Origin: Eledone cirrhosa
Taxonomy: Eukaryota
DNA length: 64,000 nt
Direction: 5' to 3'
NCBI GenBank assembly: GCA_964016885.1
Contig: OZ024761.1
Location: 4,650,001-4,714,000 of the forward strand
The notes below the pieces were generated by a model, which saw only the letters and a list, made by a program, of their open reading frames with translations, made no database searches and was not told where the DNA came from. Of the stretch, positions 1 through 12,353 are shown one piece after another; positions within the stretch are counted from its first letter, which is position 1, and each line of letters starts with the position of its first letter. The position numbers were made by a program, and so were the translations under genes.

Positions 1-835
1 TCACCAAACTTTCATATATCTCAAGATATCACCAAACTTTCATATATCTCAAGATATCACCATACTTTCATATATCTCAAGATATCACCATACTTTCATA
101 TATCTCAAGATATCAACATACTTTCATATATCTCAAGATATCACCATACTGTTACATATCTCAAGATATCAACATACTTTCATATATCTCAAGATATCAC
201 CATACTTTCATATATCTCAAGATATCAATATACTTTCATATATCTCAAGATATCACCATGCTTTCATATATCTCAAGATATCACCATACTTTCATATATC
301 TCAAGATATCAATATACTTTCATATATCTCAAGATATCACCATGCTTTCATATATCTCAAGATATCACCAAACTTTCATATATCTCAAGATATCACCATG
401 CTTTCATATATCTCAAGATATCACCATACTTTCATATATCTCAAGATATCACCATACTTTCATATATCTTAAGATATCAACATACTTTCATATATCTCAA
501 GATATCACCATACTGTTACATATCTCAAGATATCAACATACTTTCATATATCTCAAGATATCACCATACTTTCATATATCTCAAGATATCAATATACTTT
601 CATATATCTCAAGATATCACCATGCTTTCATATATCTCAAGATATCACCAAACTTTCATATATCTCAAGATATCACCATGCTTTCATATATCTCAAGATA
701 TCACCATACTGTCATATCTCTGAAGATATCACCATACTTTCATATATCTCAAGATATCACCATACTTTCATATATCTCAAGATATCACCATACTTTCATA
801 TATCTCAAGATATCACCATACTTTCATATATCTTA
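1..835. repeat. 28-bp minisatellite (tcaccatactttcatatatctcaagata)n
   Basis: Direct tandem unit visible throughout; runs off the window start. Confidence 0.97.
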
Positions 836-869
836 TGATATTGTAACCTAAGACCTTATTTATTACCAA

Positions 870-1112
870 TGTGACTCTTAGTGACCTCACGAAGAACCCT
901 TTGTGACCTCTCGTGGAACCACTAGTGACCTCTCGTGGAACCACCAGTGACCTCTCGTGGAACCACCAGTGACCTCTCGTGGAACCACCAGTGACCTCTC
1001 GTGGAACCACCAGTGACCTCTCGTGGAACCACCAGTGACCTCTCGTGGAACCACCAGTGACCTCTCGTGGAAACCTAGGGTTCCGGAGAACACCAACTGA
1101 GAAACGCTGCAC
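870..1112 (-). mobile_element. hAT-like transposon end containing a 22-bp tandem array (gtgacctctcgtggaaccacca)
   Basis: Minus strand begins CAGCGTTTCTCAGTTGGTGTTCTCCGGAACCCTAGG, resembling hAT termini; about 8 tandem 22-mers lie internal to it. Confidence 0.6.
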
Positions 1113-1849
1113 TAACCACTAGGCATACATGGAGACAAACACACACATACTCACACATACATACATACATGTACATATATACATACTATATTATATTTAG
1201 AGATTAAACTCATAGTCGTTTACAATTAATCAGCTCAAAGAAAGAGGCATTTCTGAGCAGTGAAATACAAGTTATATATTAATATATATGATAAACACAA
1301 AACGTGTTTGCATTGTAACAGACAAAGTTAGCTAGCATGAAATAAACTAATTAAAGTGAATACAATTTGTCTGTCTCGATATACGTCAATAAAGACAAGC
1401 TTATATTGGCAAAAGCCGTGATTCCTGGACAAATTTAAATTTCAAAATCCAAACCCGCTCCGTAGATGAATTTGAACTTCGAAACCCAAATATGTTTCGC
1501 AACGATGTTACATGGTATATATACATATATATATATCTATATCCAAAATTAAGATAAATCAAAATGAATTTAATCTAAATCAAAATTATGGGTGTCATTG
1601 ATTATTTATATGTTTATTTATATGTTAATCAATTTCTAGTTGTTACATCATCATCATCATCATCATCATTTTACGTCCGCTTTTTCCCTGCTTGCAAGGG
1701 TGGGACGGGAACTGATTCTGGCTTGATTTCTACAGCTGGATGCCCTTCCTAACACCAACCTCATTTACAGTGAGTGCTGGGTGCTTTTTTGCCGTGGCAC
1801 CTCCACGACCACTTTGCAGTGGAATGATAGGGACCCCAGTCCCTTTCAT

Positions 1850-1992
1850 CTCATTTCTACAGCTGAGTAAACTGGAGCAATGTGAAATAAAGTGTCTTGC
1901 TCAAGGAAACAACACATCACCTGGTCTGAGAATTGAACTCACAACCTTTCGATTGCAAGGCCAATGCTCTAACCACTAAGCCATGTGCCTCC
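1850..1992 (-). mobile_element. tRNA-derived CORE-like SINE (relatives at ~13270-13410, 13590-13705, 20020-20145, 39680-39770, 41322-41440, 57092-57215)
   Basis: A box TGGCTTAGTGG and B box GTTCAATTC, followed by ccttgagcaagacactttatttcac, which is shared among the copies. Confidence 0.8.
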
Positions 1993-2381
1993 ATATATAC
2001 ATGTAAATATGATACATCAAATAACATCGATTCATTTGCAATTATGCAAACAGCCTCTTTAAAGCTATGTCAGTAGAATGAGCCCCTCATTCTTGCTCTT
2101 ATGTTGGCATGTAAACAGAACTGCAGACACTAATGTTTCTGGGTATTACCCTTCATCAGTACAGCTCACTGTTCACCTGCCAACTGTCAGAGCTAGTGAA
2201 AATATATACTATTTTCAAAAATACACAGTCACTGATCGGCCTGATTTGCATATTAGCAGACTGGCTGATCAGTTAGATCTGCATATTAGCAGATCCACTG
2301 ATAAGCCAGATTTGCATATTAGCAGATTGGCTGATCAGTTTCCTGTATATGAGGAATTTTCTTTTTTATTTTCTTTCTTTT

Positions 2382-2447
<66 letters not shown>

Positions 2448-2818
2448 GCTGAGAGAGAATGCAAAGAAAGGAGGGAGGGAAAGTTAGAGAGAGAGAAAGA
2501 TGGAGAGGGAGAGAGAGGTATGGACAGTTAGAGAAAGAGAGAGGGGGAGAAAGAAAAGAAAGAAGAGAGAGAAGGAGGGAGTTAGAGTGTGTGAGTAAGA
2601 AAGACTAAAAGGAAAGAGAGAAAGAAAGAGAGAGGGAGAGAGAGAGAAGGAGGGAGAGAGATATAGGAGAGAGAGAGAGGGAGGGAGAGGGGGTAAGGAG
2701 GAAGAGAGAAAAGGAGAGAGGGAGAGGAGGGAGAGATAGAGAATGAGTGAGAGAGAGAATGAGCAAAAGAGAAGGAGGGAGCGAGAGAGAAGAGGGAGGG
2801 AGAAAATGAATGCGTTAC

Positions 2819-2957
2819 CTTTCCTGAACTTTTGACCCCTCCACGAAGACAGAGATATATTACAACCCAGGTAACTAACAATGTTAGAATGTTCTTCAAA
2901 CTGACTCCACCTATATTTCCAATATCACTGGATTCATTGATTCGCAACATCACTAAA
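2819..2957 (-). CDS. SLC6 transporter exon (end of EL2, TM4): (D)LVMLRINESSDIGNIGGVSLKNILTLLVTWVVIYLCLRGGVKSSGK
   Basis: ttgcag acceptor and gtaacg donor; phase matches the preceding exon; GVKSSGK motif is typical of glycine/proline-type SLC6. Confidence 0.93.
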
Positions 2958-3169
2958 CTGCAAGAAAGAAATATTGTGAGTTATAATGGAGGTTTGGTGG
3001 AACTATTAGAGCTTGGGACAAATATGTATTACAGCATTACGGCCCTTTACTTTCAACCTTTCATCCTCCAGGGGTTGCTAAAATAAAATACCAGTCATGC
3101 ACTGAGGTAGAAGTAATAGACTTTCAGCTCCTTTCAAATTGTTGGCTTTGTGCTTAATTAGGTATTAAT

Positions 3170-6100
3170 CTGTGTGTTGTGTAATGTAGTGTTGTGTGTT
3201 GTGTAGTGTGTTGTGTTGTGTGAAGTGTGTAGTGTGGTGTGTCTTGTGTTGTGCTGTGTGTTGTGTGGTGTGTGGTATGTGTTGTGTGTTGTATTGTGTT
3301 GTGTGTAGTGTGTTGTGTAGTGTATTATGTAGTGTGCAGTGTGTTATGTGATGTGTTGTGTAGTGTGCAGTGTATTGTGTAGTGGGTGGTGTAGTATGTG
3401 GTGTAGTGTGTTGTGTAGTGTGTTGTGTAATGTGTAGTGTGTTGTGTGGTGTTTGTTGTGTAGTGTGTAGTGTGTGTTGTGTCTTGTGTGTTGTGTAGTG
3501 TGTAGTGTGTGTTGTGTTGTGTGTTGTGTTGTGTGTTGTGTGTGTTGTGTTGTGTGTAGTGTGTAGTGGGTGTTGTGTTGTGTGTTGTGTAGTGTTTGTG
3601 TTGTGTGTTGTGTAGTGTGTTGTGTGTAGTGTGTGTTATGTAGTATGTTGTGTAGTATGTTGTGTAGTGTGTAGTGTGTGTTGTGTGTAGTGTGTAGTGG
3701 GTGTTGTGTTGTGTGTTGTGTAGTGTTTGTGTTGTGTGTTGTGTAGTGTGTTGTGTGTAGTGTGTGTTATGTAGTGTGTTGTGTAGTGTGTAGTGTGTTG
3801 TGTTGTCTGTTGTGTAGTGTCTTGTGTGTAGTTTGTAGTGTGTGTTGTGTGTAGTGTGTAGTGTGTTGTGTGTAGTGTGTAGTGTGTTGTGTTGTGTGTT
3901 GTGTAGTGTTTGTGTTGTGTGTTGTGTAGTGTGTTTTGTGTAGTGTGTGTTATGTAGTGTGTTGTGTAGTGTGTAGTGTGTGTTGTGTTGTGTGTTGTGT
4001 AGTGTTTGTGTTGTGTGTTGTGTAGTGTGTTGTGTGTAGTGTGTGTTGTGTTGTGTGTTGTGTTGTGTGTTGTGTAGTGTGTAGTGTGTGTTGTGTTATG
4101 TGTAGTGCGTAGTGGGTGTTGTGTGTTGTGTAGTGTTTGTGTTGTGTGTTGTGTAGTGTGTTGTGTGTAGTGTGTGTTGTGTAGTGTGTTGTGTAGTGTG
4201 TGTTGTGTAGTGTGTGTTGTGTAGTGTGTGTTGTGTAGTGTGTCTTGTGTTATGTGTTGTGTGTAGTCTGTGTAGTGTGTTGTGTAGTGTGTTGTGTAGT
4301 GTGTGTTGTGTTGTGTGTTGTGTTGTGTGTTGTGTCGTGTGTAGTGTGTGTTGTGTTATGTGTAGTGTGTAGTGGGTGTTGTGTGTTGTGTAGTGTTTGT
4401 GTTGTGTGTTGTATAGTGTGTTGTGTGTAGTGTGTGTTATGTAGTGTGTTGTATAGTGTGTAGTGTGTTGTGTTGTCTGTTGTGTAGTGTCTTGTGTTGT
4501 GTGTAGTTTGTAGTGTGTGTTGTGTGTAGTGTGTAGTGTGTTGTGTGTAGTTGGTAGTGTGTTGTGTTGTGTGTTGTGTAGTGTTTGTGTAGTGTGTGTT
4601 GTGTAGTGTGTTTTGTGTAGTGTGTGTTATGTAGTGTATTGTGTAGTGTAGTGTGTGTGTTGTGTTGTGTGTTGTGTAGTGTTTGTGTTGTGTGTTGTGT
4701 AGTGTGTTGTGTGTAGTGTGTGTTGTGTAGTGTGTTGTGTAGTGTGTGTTGTGTAGTGTGTGTTGTGTAGTGTGTTGTGCAGTGTGTTGTGTAGTGTGTC
4801 TTGTGTTATGTGTTGTGTGTAGTCTGTGTAGTGTGTTGTGTAGTGTGTTGTGTAGTGTGTTGTGTAATGTGTAGTGTGTTGTGTGGTGTTTGTTGTGTAG
4901 TATGTGGTGTGTTTTGTGTAGTGTGTAGTGTGTGTTGTGTTGTATATAGTGTGTAGTGGGTAGTGTGTTGTGTTGTGTGTTGTGTAGTGTGTTGTGTAGT
5001 GTGTAGTGTGTGTTGTGCTGTGTGTGGTGTAGTGTGTTGTGTTGTGTGTTGTGTAGTGTGTAGTGTGTGTTGTGTTGTGTGTGGAGTAGTGTGTTGTGTT
5101 GTGTGTTGTGTGTTGTGTAGTGTGTTGTGTAGTGTGTACTGTGTAGTGTGTGTTGTGTTGTGTGTGGTGTAGTATGTTGTGTTGTGTGTTGTGTAGTGTG
5201 TTGTGTGTAGTGTATTGTGTGTAGTGTGTTGTGTAGTGTGTTCTGTAGTGTGTAGTGTGTGTTGTGTGTGGTGTAGTGTGTTGTGTTATGCGTCGTGTAG
5301 TGTCTTGTGATGTGTGTAGTATGTAGTGTGTGTTGTGTGTAGTGTGTAGTGTGTGTTGTGTTGTGTGTTGTGTAGTGTGTTGTGTTGTGTGTTGTGTGTA
5401 GTGTGTGTTATGTAGTGTGTTGTGTAGTGTGTAGTGTGTGTTGTGTTGTGTAGTGTGTTGTGTAGTGTGGTGTGTAGTGTGTTGTGTGTAGTGTGTGTTG
5501 TATTGTGTGTAGTGTGTAGTGTGTGTTATGTAGTGTGTTGTTTAGTGTGTAGTGTGTAGTGTGTGTTGTGTGTTGTGTAGTGTGTTGTGTAGTGTGTTGA
5601 GTGTAGTGTGTGTTGTGTTGTGTATTGTGTAGTGTGTGTTATGTGTTGTGTAGTGTTTTGTGTAGTGTGTAGTTTGTTGTGTTGTGTGTGGTGTAGTGTG
5701 TTGTGTTGTGTGTTGTGTAGTGTGTTGTGTAGTGTGTAGTGTGTGTTGTCTTGTGTGTAGTGTGTAGTGTGTAGTGGGTGTTGTGTTGTGTGTTGTGTAG
5801 TGTTTGTAGTATGTTGTGTAGTGTGTAGAGTGTTGTGTGTCGTGTGTAGTCTGTGCTGTGTAGTGTGTTGTGTAGTGTGTAGTGTGTTGTGTAATGTGTA
5901 GTGTGTTGTGTGGTGTTTGTTGTGTAGTATGTTTTGTGTAGTGTGTGTTGTGTTGTATATAGTGTGTAGTGGGTAGTGTGTTGTGTTGTGTGTTGTGTAG
6001 TGTGTTGTGTAGTGTGTTGTGTGGTGTTTGTTGTGTAGTATGTTTTGTGTAGTGTGTGTTGTGTTGTATATAGTATGTTGTGTAGTGTGTTTTGTGTAGT

Positions 6101-7910
6101 GTGTGTTGTGTGTTGTGTAGTGTGTTGTGTGTAGTGTGTAGTGTGTGTTGTGTTGTGTGTAGTGTAGTGTGTTGTGCGTCGTGTAGTGTTTTGTGATGTG
6201 TGTAGTATGTAATGTGTGTTGTGCGTAGTGTGTGTTGTGTTGTGTTGTGTAGTGTTTGTGTAGTGCGTTGCGTGTAGTGTGTGTTATGTAGTGTGTTGTG
6301 TGTTGTGTGTTGTGTAGTGTGTTGTGCAGTGTGTAGTGTGTGTTGTGTTGTGTGTTGTGTAGTGTTTGTGTTGTGTGTTGTGTAGTGTGTAGTGTGTGTT
6401 ATGTAGTGTGTTGTTTAGTGTGTAGTGTGTAGTGTGTAGTGTGTGTTGTGTTGTGCGTTGTGTAGTGTGTTGTGTAGTGTGTAGTGTGTGTTGTGTTGTG
6501 TGTTGTGTAGTGTGTTGAGTGTAGTGTGTGTTGTGTATTGTGTAGTGTGTGTTATGTGTTGTGTAGTGTTTTGTATAGTGTGTAGTGTGTGTTGTGTTGT
6601 GTGTAGTGTAGTGTTGTGTTGTGTGTTGTGTAGTGTGTTGTGTAGTGAGTAGTGTGTAGTGTGCGTTGTGTTGTGTGTAGTGTGTAGTGTTTGTAGTGTG
6701 TTGTGTAATGTGTGTTGTGTTGTGTGTTGTGTGTTGTGTGTAGTCTGTGTTGTATATTGTGTTGTGTAGTGTGTAGTGTGTTGTGTAATGTGTAGAGTGT
6801 TGTGTGGTGTTTGTTGTGTAGTATGTGGTGTGTTTTGTGTAATGTGTGTTGTGTTGTATATAGTGTGTAGTGGGTAGTGTGTTGTGTTGTGTGTTGTGTT
6901 GTGTGTTGTGTAGTGTGTTGTGAAGTGTGTAGTGTGTAGTGGGTGTTGTGTTGTGTGTTGTGTAGTGTTTGTAGTGTGTTGTGTAGTGTGTGTTGTTTTG
7001 TGTTGTGTGTAGTGGGTGTTGTGTTGTGTGTTGTGTGGTGTTTGTTGTGTAGTATGTGGTGTGTTTTGTGTAGTGTGTAGTGTGTGTTGTGTTGTATATA
7101 GTGTGTAGTGGGTAGTGTTTTGTGTGTTGTGTAGTGTGTAGTGTGTGTTGTCTTATGTGTTGTGTTGTGTGTTGTGTAGTGTGTTGTGTAGTGTGTACTG
7201 TGCAGTGTGTGTTGTGTTGTGTGTGGTGTAGTATGTTGTGTTGTGTAGTGTGTGTAGTGTGTGAGTTGTGTGTTGTGTAGTGTTTTCTGTAGTATGTAGT
7301 GTGTGTTGTGTTGTGTGTCGTGTAGTGTCTTGTGATGTGTGTAGTATGTAGTGTGTGTTGTGTGTAGTGTGTAGTGTGTGTTGTGTTGTGTGTTGTGTAG
7401 TGTTTGTATTGTGTGTTGTGTAGTGTGTTGTGTTGTGTGTAGTGTCTTGTGTTGTGTGTAGTTGGTAGTGTGTAGTGTGTGTTGTGTTGCGTGTTGTGTA
7501 GTGTGTTGTGTGTAGTGTGTGTTATGGAGTGTGTTGTATAGTGTGTGTTGTGTAGTGTGTTGTGTTGTGTGTTGTGTGTTGTGTAGTGTGTTGGGTAGTG
7601 TGTAGTGTGTGTTATGTTGTGTGTTGTGTAGTGTTGTGTTGTGTGTTGTGTAGTGTGTTGGGTAGTGTGTAGTGTGTCTTGTGTTGTGTGTGGTGTAGTG
7701 TGTTGTGTTGTGTGTTTTGTGGTGTGTTGTGTAGTGTGTGTTGTGTTGTGTGTTGTGTAGTGTGTTGTGTAGTGTGTTGTGTGTAGTGTGTGTTGTGTTG
7801 TTTGTTGTGTTATGTGTTGTGTAGTGTGATGTGTAGTGTGTAGTGTGTAGTATGTAGTATGTTGTGTACTGTGTATTGTGTTGTGTGGTGCGTTTTGTGT
7901 TTTGTATGTT
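3170..7910. repeat. Complex TG-rich microsatellite (gtgtt/gtgta units)
   Basis: About 4.7 kb of 5-7 bp low-complexity units. Confidence 0.97.
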
Positions 7911-7949
7911 GTAACCTGTATTTTAATTAACCAGCCTTTCCACACTCCA

Positions 7950-8585
7950 TTAAAGGTATTGTGGTGTAAAGCTACCCACGTGGTGTGGAGTTACACCTCG
8001 CTAAAGGTACCCACGTGGTGTGGTGTTACACCTCGCTTAAGTTACCCACATGTTGTGGTGTAAAGGTACCCACGGGGTGTGGTGTTACACCTCGCTAAAG
8101 GTACCCACGGGGTGTGGTGTTACACCTCGCTAAAGGTACCCACATGCTGTGGTGTAAAGGTACCCACGTGGTGTGGTGTTACACCTAGCTAAAGGTACCC
8201 ACGTGGTGTTACACCTAGCTAAAGGTACCCACATGTTGTGGTGTAAAGGTACCCACGTGGTGTGGAGTTACACCTCGCTAAAGGTACCCACGTGGTGTGG
8301 TGTTACACCTCGCTAAAGGTACCCACATGTTGTTGTGTAAAGGTAGCCACGTGGTGTGGTGTTACACCTCGCTAAAGGTACCCACGTGGTGTGGTGTAAA
8401 GGTACCCACGTGGTGTTACACCTAGCTAAAGGTACCCACGGGGTGTGGTGTTACACCTCGCTAAAGGTACCCACATGTTGCGGTGTAAAGGTACCCACGT
8501 GGTGTGGTGTTACACCTCGCTAAAGGTACCCACGTGGTGTTACACCTAGCTAAAGGTACCCACGTTACACCTAGCTAAAGGTACC
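7950..8585. repeat. Variable 23-35 bp minisatellite (aaaggtacccacgtggtgtggtgttacacctcgct)
   Basis: Tandem units containing GGTACC and CCACGTGG palindromes. Confidence 0.93.
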
Positions 8586-8783
8586 CAGCGATCGCCAACC
8601 TTTCTGATCTCAAGGACCACTAAATTCATAATTTTAAATCCCGCGGACCACTTATATGAATTTTTTTTAAAAAGATAGATACATCAAAATCTTTCTGCGG
8701 ACCACCAACATTTTTCTCTCGGACCACCGGTGGTCCGTGCGTGAATGACCAGTTGTTCGCGGATCACTGGTTGGTGACCGCTG
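8586..8783. mobile_element. hAT-type MITE
   Basis: Imperfect TIRs CAGCGATCGCCAACC / GGTTGGTGACCGCTG; subterminal ggaccac repeats; no target-site duplication seen. Confidence 0.75.
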
Positions 8784-8897
8784 TACTAGATGGTCGTGTG
8801 AACCCGGGTGAAGCATCATGTCTGCCACACATTCCATGTCAATTCTTTACATCCCGTTAATTGGATATGTTATAAAAGAAGAAAATATGAGACTTAC

Positions 8898-9018
8898 TCC
8901 CAGTATTCCTGTGCTGGAAGTGTTGAATTGTGGGCACATTCCGTCAACTTGATGATCTCAGTAAAATTGAACGTTTCATTCTGTTGTTTGTCATTCAGGC
9001 AGTTAATATCAGTGAAAT
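8898..9018 (-). CDS. SLC6 transporter EL2 exon: (N)FTDINCLNDKQQNETFNFTEIIKLTECAHNSTLPAQEYW
   Basis: Not in the ORF track. tgtag acceptor and gtaagt donor; phases 1 and 2 fit both neighbours; ends in the SLC6 PxxEYW motif. Confidence 0.9.
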
Positions 9019-9030
9019 CTACAAATGGAT

Positions 9031-9629
9031 ATTATACACATATGGTTAGAAACTTGTACATATAGATAGAAATACTAGAGCACCCACAAATAGTGAAACA
9101 CCGCGAATATTGGACGTGGTCTGTAAAAATGCCTATAGACGTCAAAACATAACGTAAAATATAGGCCGTCAAATATGGTATAACAATATACGTAAAATAT
9201 AGGCCGTCAAATATGGTATAACAATATACGTAAAATATAGGCCGTCAAATATGGCATAACAATATACGTAAAATATAGGCCGTCAAATATGGCATAACAA
9301 TATACCATATTTGACGGCCTATATTTTACGTTATGTTTTGACGTCTATAAGCATTTTTACAGACCACGTTCAATATTCGCGGTCTTTCACTCTTTGTGGG
9401 TGCTCTAGTATTTCTATCTACATGTACAAGTTTCTAACCATATGTGTATAATTTAGCGTTAAAAAGCGTGAAAAAAAAAAAATATTGCCACGAAAAAAAG
9501 CCATTAAAAAATAGCGGAAGATGTTTACGATTCCGCGAATATGCGGTGGTTTCCAGGAACAATTATTAATTAGGTTCTAAGGAACATCCCGCGAATAACC
9601 GGGACTGCGAATGCCGGGGATACACTGTA
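9031..9629. mobile_element. Rearranged Tigger/pogo-like MITE with a ~150-bp inverted duplication and internal ~40-bp tandem repeats
   Basis: Arms 9031-9180 and 9303-9451 are reverse complements; homologous to 14830-15190; ends in ACACTG-TA. Confidence 0.75.
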
Positions 9630-9667
9630 ATTATTTCTTCATAAATGTAATGAATATTATATATATA

Positions 9668-9850
9668 TGGATTGGCAGTATCGGTAGAGGGTCGGACGCC
9701 ATGCTTTCCAGCATAGTTACGTCCCTTTACGATCTGAGTTCAAATCCCGCCGAGGTTGACTTTGCCTTTCATCCTTACGGGGTCGATAAAATAAAGTACC
9801 AGTAATGCACTGGGTAATTGCTGGCCTTGTGCCTAAAGTAGAAACAATTA
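9668..9850 (+). mobile_element. tRNA-like SINE family 2 (copies ~12571-12720 minus, 12925-13110, 16008-16180, 41110-41300, 57220-57410)
   Basis: Shared tggcagtatcggtagaggg...gagttcaaatcccgccgagg...gcctttcatccttacggggtcgataaaataaagtacc. Confidence 0.85.
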
Positions 9851-10751
9851 TATATATATGGACATATAAACTTGTTCATATAGATAGAAAATAGCTCATT
9901 TAGTGTAAACCCTTTCTCATAAATATGCTGAAAGCAATCGTATATCAAGTTGTTCTACAGAATAGAGTTTAAGTTATTTTATGTAGATTATATATATTAA
10001 TTTCCTTAACTTTATTTACTTATGTGGCAATAAAAATTCTCCCCCATTTATTGTAAAGGATTATATTTTCTAACACGATATCTTACTTTCCACTTTCCTT
10101 TGCTTTGTTTCACTCATGCTTCACTCATGTTTCACGTGCTATGTGAGACACCATACTTTTCCCCCTAACGTCACACAACATTCTATGTGTTTCTAGCTTA
10201 ACGGCTTCTATATTACTATTTTGTCTCTTGTCTCTTACTCCATTGGACAGTGTTTGGCTTATGTCAGACGCTGTGACCCCGGATGGACCAGTAGTAGCGT
10301 GGGTAGGGGTGGAAACTTCTCAACTCCATCTCAACGGCCGATGACCATGGAGTTCCGTGTCCTTCGTTTGTATATTTATTTAAAAAAAATAATTCTTTAA
10401 GGTTTCCCCTTAAAAAATTGTTTTTCGTTTTGTTTTGTTTCCTTTCGTTGTCTTGTCCTTACTTTAATTTTCTTGTTTACACACACACACACATATATAT
10501 ATATATTACTCTTTTACTCTTTTACCTGTTCCAGCTATCCGGCAGAGGCCATGCTGGTGCACCGCCCTTGGATATATATATATAGATAATATATATATGT
10601 GTGTGTGTGTGGTTGTATATATATATATATAGAGAGAGATTTTGAGTATATGTTGGTTGTATACCAACACCTCAGTATGCAGGCTGGAGCACTCGACGAA
10701 GTGCGCAGGTTGGTTTGGTTACTCCGGAGTAATGTAAAATAAAGTAAAATA

Positions 10752-11020
10752 AATAAGTCAAATGTTTAAAATTTAGCTTCGTTTATTACTGCTATATATA
10801 TTTCGGTGGAATCATATGATTCCAGTTCCTCAGTGAAATAACAACCCAACCAGGAACTGGGCATATCAGAGTATTGACAAAATTATACACCTCAACAACA
10901 TATGTACTTGTCTATACCACACTAATTCGGACTGCCTGAAGAGGTCACAGCCAAAGATGGCTGTCACCGACATATACATAGCAGTAATAAACGAAGCTAA
11001 ATTTGAAACATTTGACTTAT
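10752..11020 (+). mobile_element. PLE-derived terminal repeat with an inverted 5' arm and a mutated hammerhead (10931-10985)
   Basis: Same family as 25170-25398 and 45115-45340; 10752-10808 is an inverted copy of the 3' end; core GAAA changed to GACA. Confidence 0.75.
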
Positions 11021-11239
11021 TGTTGCGCGCCACACAACTTTCTACTTCCTCCTCACCAATTCTACGGTTCCGACACCGCTGGTCACACGCTCTGGACATC
11101 CACCATTTAATACCCGGATTTTTCACCATCTGTCCACACACTCACCAGAAAAACATTCAGGAACACACACATACACAAACACTTACACCATTTTCGCACA
11201 CACGCAACCATACATTCCCACGTATCCACACAACACAAA

Positions 11240-11270
<31 letters not shown>

Positions 11271-11279
11271 TATCCTCAC

Positions 11280-11754
11280 ATACACCCACTCAGATTCCGG
11301 ATTCCACACGCTCCCTCTCCCCTACCCCGTCCGACCCCTCTCCATGCATACGCGCACACACACAGACTTACACCCCACCCCATGTACACACGGGTTTTCC
11401 TAATACACGAACATGGAACCCCGTTCTCCCCAAAACTCTCACACTCACATCCACACATACACACACACCACCTTCCACCCTCCCCGCTTGGACGCCCAAT
11501 TCCCTTCTCCCTTTTCCCTCCCCCCACCATCCACCTTTCACCACTTGTTTTCATTTTAATTTTATTTCCTTCATTTTAATTTTTTTCAATGTCTTTACAC
11601 CACTCCTCCTCATCCTCTCGGAACTCTTTTCCTTCCCACCTTTCTCTTGATGAAGAGCCTATGCCCGAAACGCCCCCCCCCCCCCACTCTCAAGCGTGAA
11701 CCTAATACCAACACTGTTCGTAACTGCACTCCTTACTTTTGTTTTGTTCTTTGT

Positions 11755-11757
<3 letters not shown>
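11280..11757 (+). mobile_element. Dispersed repeat, probable PLE 3' UTR; inverted homolog at 25981-26610
   Basis: Shared atggaaccccgttct...actctcaca segment and (C/T)TGA(T/A)GAAG...GCCCGAAA hammerhead-like core; ends at (TA)n. Confidence 0.6.
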
Positions 11758-11827
<70 letters not shown>

Positions 11828-11947
11828 AATATATTTAAAAAAAAAAGACTCCAGTTGCATTTTCGATTTCATCTTTTTTCCTTGTACTTTCACTCATGTA
11901 GGACACCTCGTTTTTTTTTCATTTTGTAAAAAAAGCCTCACTTTCTA

Positions 11948-12042
<95 letters not shown>

Positions 12043-12152
12043 AGATATATATATATATATAATTGGTGTGGGATGCTTAAAGCGTCCGTATGCGGTATGC
12101 CGTTTGAGCACTCGATTAACTGGACATTTGGAAACTCTGCTTCGAAAGATCG

Positions 12153-12250
12153 AGACGTATCTGAGGATCTTGCAATTTCAGAGGTCAGGTTCGATCATCA
12201 CATCGATCGTGCCTCGAGCTGGTCGCCAGAGAAACGATTGTAATATGTCT
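12153..12250 (+). ncRNA. Type-I hammerhead ribozyme motif with long stem II
   Basis: agacgtat-CTGAGGA-...-GAAA-cgattg-TA-atatgtct; 8-bp stem I with one G-U pair. Confidence 0.7.
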
Positions 12251-12293
12251 AATGAATTTTAATTCGTCGCACCACTGATTCTTTGTTTCTTAT

Positions 12294-12353
<60 letters not shown>

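Noticed and set aside
1920-1992. tRNA genes at A/B-box motifs
   Set aside because: They continue into SINE bodies and show no convincing cloverleaf.
258-7945. Long ORFs at 258-851 and 6284-7945
   Set aside because: They are translations of tandem repeats.
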